DNA of 64,000 nucleotides from an uncultured Comamonadaceae bacterium (GTDB lineage Bacteria; Bacteroidota; Bacteroidia; Flavobacteriales_D; Sanyastnellaceae): NCBI GenBank assembly GCA_964555295.1, contig CAZKRL010000003.1, positions 9,487 to 73,486 of the forward strand, read 5' to 3'. Shown piece by piece: positions 62,530 to 64,000 of this stretch (position 1 is its first letter; each line of letters starts with the position of its first letter). The notes under the pieces were generated by a model. It saw only the letters and a program-made list of their open reading frames with translations, ran no database searches and was not told where the DNA came from. The position numbers and the translations under genes were made by a program.

Positions 62530-62760
62530 TCAGTTGAACTTCATACCATAAATTTTCCTGCTACCGTATATAACAGCTGCAGCCACGAGAAAACCTACGC
62601 CACCATCAATTGGGCATACCACCCCGAAAGGCTCACCGCAAGGGGGCTCTTCACCGCCAATTGCAGGGGGTGGATCAATGGCCTGAATAACACTTGATGT
62701 GCAAAGAAATATTGCTACTACAAAAATTTTAATCAAGTATTTTGGGCAGAGGGTCTTCAT
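62530..62760 (-). CDS. 76-aa pre-protein: signal peptide, Pro/Gly/Cys core, and a P-I-D-G-G / TM / basic C-terminal sorting-like tail
   Basis: I verified the translation by hand: MKTLCPKYLIKIFVVAIFLCTSSVIQA / IDPPPAIGGEEPPCGEPFGVVC / PIDGG-VGFLVAAAVIYG-SRKIYGMKFN. It ends 11 nt upstream of xrtF on the same strand. Confidence 0.6.
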   Translation of the reverse strand: MKTLCPKYLIKIFVVAIFLCTSSVIQAIDPPPAIGGEEPPCGEPFGVVCPIDGGVGFLVAAAVIYGSRKIYGMKFN

Positions 62761-62783
62761 TTTTGATGTGGTTAATTATAAAA

Positions 62784-62818
62784 CAAAAGTAGAAAAACCT
62801 GATCGTTGTGCAAACATA
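62784..62818 (-). promoter_or_regulatory. Candidate -7 boxes for the xrtF module
   Basis: On the minus strand, TACTTTTG (62784-62791) and TATGTTTG (62811-62818) both match the Bacteroidota TAnnTTTG consensus. They lie 24-58 nt upstream of the ATG at 62760. Confidence 0.35.
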
Positions 62819-62841
62819 ATATCGTCAAGAGAGCGTAACTT

Positions 62842-62849
62842 TATATTTG
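62842..62849 (+). promoter_or_regulatory. Candidate -7 box for the Wzz/Wzc-like gene
   Basis: TATATTTG matches TAnnTTTG and lies 19 nt upstream of the ATG at 62868. Confidence 0.35.
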
Positions 62850-62867
62850 TCGAAACAAAACTGTTTA

Positions 62868-64000
62868 ATGAGTTCGGAACCCCAAAAAACCAATTTCGTT
62901 GATTCTGATGATTTACAGCCCGTAATAAAGTACATAAGTAAGAATTGGTATTTATTCATTCTTTTCGGATTCATCGGCTACGTTTTTGCATATCTATACA
63001 CCCACCGCCTTCCCAATATATACGCGGCTAAAACCGAGATACTTTTAAAATCTTCCAATGCTTATGACTATCAAAACCAAATCCGTAGAGATATTGGTTA
63101 CTATAACATTGTGCAGGACATAGCGAATCAAAAGAGAATACTTACCTCCTATGATCTAATTGCGAAGGTGCTTGGTAAGTTGGACTTTACTATCAGTTAT
63201 TATTTGGTGGGTCGCATAAAAACCGAACAGGTTGATGGTTTTGCGTTCTTTGACGTGGAGTGTGATTGGCGAAAATTGGACTCTCGGCTCTTTAATGTCC
63301 CGATCAACGTCAAAGTCATTGACATGAACAAATACAACCTAAGTTATAACCTTGGGGAGAAAAAATTCATGCATGAGTTTGATTTTGGAAAACTCAATGA
63401 GGATGTCAACTTCAGTATCAAGATCACCTTAGACCCCAATATGGACGAGGTTAACCTCAAAACCATACAAGAACAGAATTTTCAATTTCGCGTTTCTCAT
63501 CCCAGCGCGCTCATTGGTAAATTCAAGTCTTCTATGAGCATTGAGGAGGAGAAATTCAGTAGCATTATCTCCATCAAATTGACCGATGACTTAGAAAACC
63601 GGGCTAAAATATTTCTCGACACACTTGCTGCTTTGTACATTGATTATTCAATGGACAATGACATTACTATAAACAGAAATACTGAAAACTTTATAGACAA
63701 TCAAATAGCTGAAGTTACAACTTTGATAGACTCATTGGAGTTTGTGCTGCAGGCGTTTAAAGACAACGAAGAGATTCTCGATCTGACCTACGAAGAAAAG
63801 AAGGCGTTTGAATCACTTTCTCGATTAGAGACAACTTTGTCTACAGATCGAATAAGGCTCAAGTCACTGAAAGATTTAGAGCTTTACCTAGAAAAAGAGA
63901 AAGACCTAAGTGTGATACCTCCGACCAATATGTTGTCTTCCGAAGATAACTGGTTAAATACACTCGTTGCAGATTTATATAGGCTGAAACAGTCGAGGGG
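62868..64000 (+). CDS. Polysaccharide chain-length determinant (Wzz/GumC/Wzc-type), N-terminal part; 3' end outside window
   Basis: I translated it by hand because it runs off the window and is not in the track: MSSEPQKTNFVDSDDLQPVIKYISKNWYLFILFGFIGYVFAYLY...AAKTEILLK... It shows the typical Wzz N-terminus plus TM helix, followed by a long coiled-coil-like region. Confidence 0.7.
   Translation, partial: MSSEPQKTNFVDSDDLQPVIKYISKNWYLFILFGFIGYVFAYLYTHRLPNIYAAKTEILLKSSNAYDYQNQIRRDIGYYNIVQDIANQKRILTSYDLIAKVLGKLDFTISYYLVGRIKTEQVDGFAFFDVECDWRKLDSRLFNVPINVKVIDMNKYNLSYNLGEKKFMHEFDFGKLNEDVNFSIKITLDPNMDEVNLKTIQEQNFQFRVSHPSALIGKFKSSMSIEEEKFSSIISIKLTDDLENRAKIFLDTLAALYIDYSMDNDITINRNTENFIDNQIAEVTTLIDSLEFVLQAFKDNEEILDLTYEEKKAFESLSRLETTLSTDRIRLKSLKDLELYLEKEKDLSVIPPTNMLSSEDNWLNTLVADLYRLKQSR

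Overview
This 64 kb window looks like a Bacteroidota (Flavobacteriia-like) chromosome. Evidence for that: a murF-gldJ-porP/sprF-porU-porV-cdd gliding/T9SS cluster, exosortase F, a DUF4295 gene after rpmG, and TAnnTTTG-type -7 promoter boxes. About 80% of it is densely packed housekeeping: the dnaE 3' end, nrdAB, secA, lpxD, tilS, lptB, lolA-like, ftsK, rpmG, ftsY, folB, glnS, gltX, katG, speA-like, corA, hemACD, ftsZ, terC, tyrS, murF, ispF and cdd. I found no tRNA, rRNA or CRISPR array. Three accessory regions stand out. (1) 60974-62760 (minus strand) is an xrtF (exosortase F) module. Its first gene is a 76-codon ORF encoding little more than a signal peptide, a 22-residue Pro/Gly/Cys core and a C-terminal P-I-D-G-G / TM helix / basic tail, so it is a candidate cognate XrtF substrate. 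The module is divergent from a Wzz/Wzc-type polysaccharide gene. (2) 54608-60826 (minus strand) encodes a roughly 2070-residue secreted, extremely Cys-rich mosaic protein. It contains 21 short CTDxxACNY...DDGSC knots, 9 GDGWNG modules and 4 PPC-like domains. It ends in a single dockerin/EF-hand-like loop and has no recognisable T9SS C-terminal domain, although it lies next to porU/porV. (3) 32013-34267 holds a class II Fic gene with its own promoter-like region, lying between two fragments of a decayed DUF4143-type AAA ATPase. The Fic gene is bracketed by two ~85-90 nt GTGAA-rich imperfect-palindrome repeats, each of which supplies the stop codon of the ORF upstream of it. All family calls come from motif and sequence recognition by eye. 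No database search or folding computation was run.
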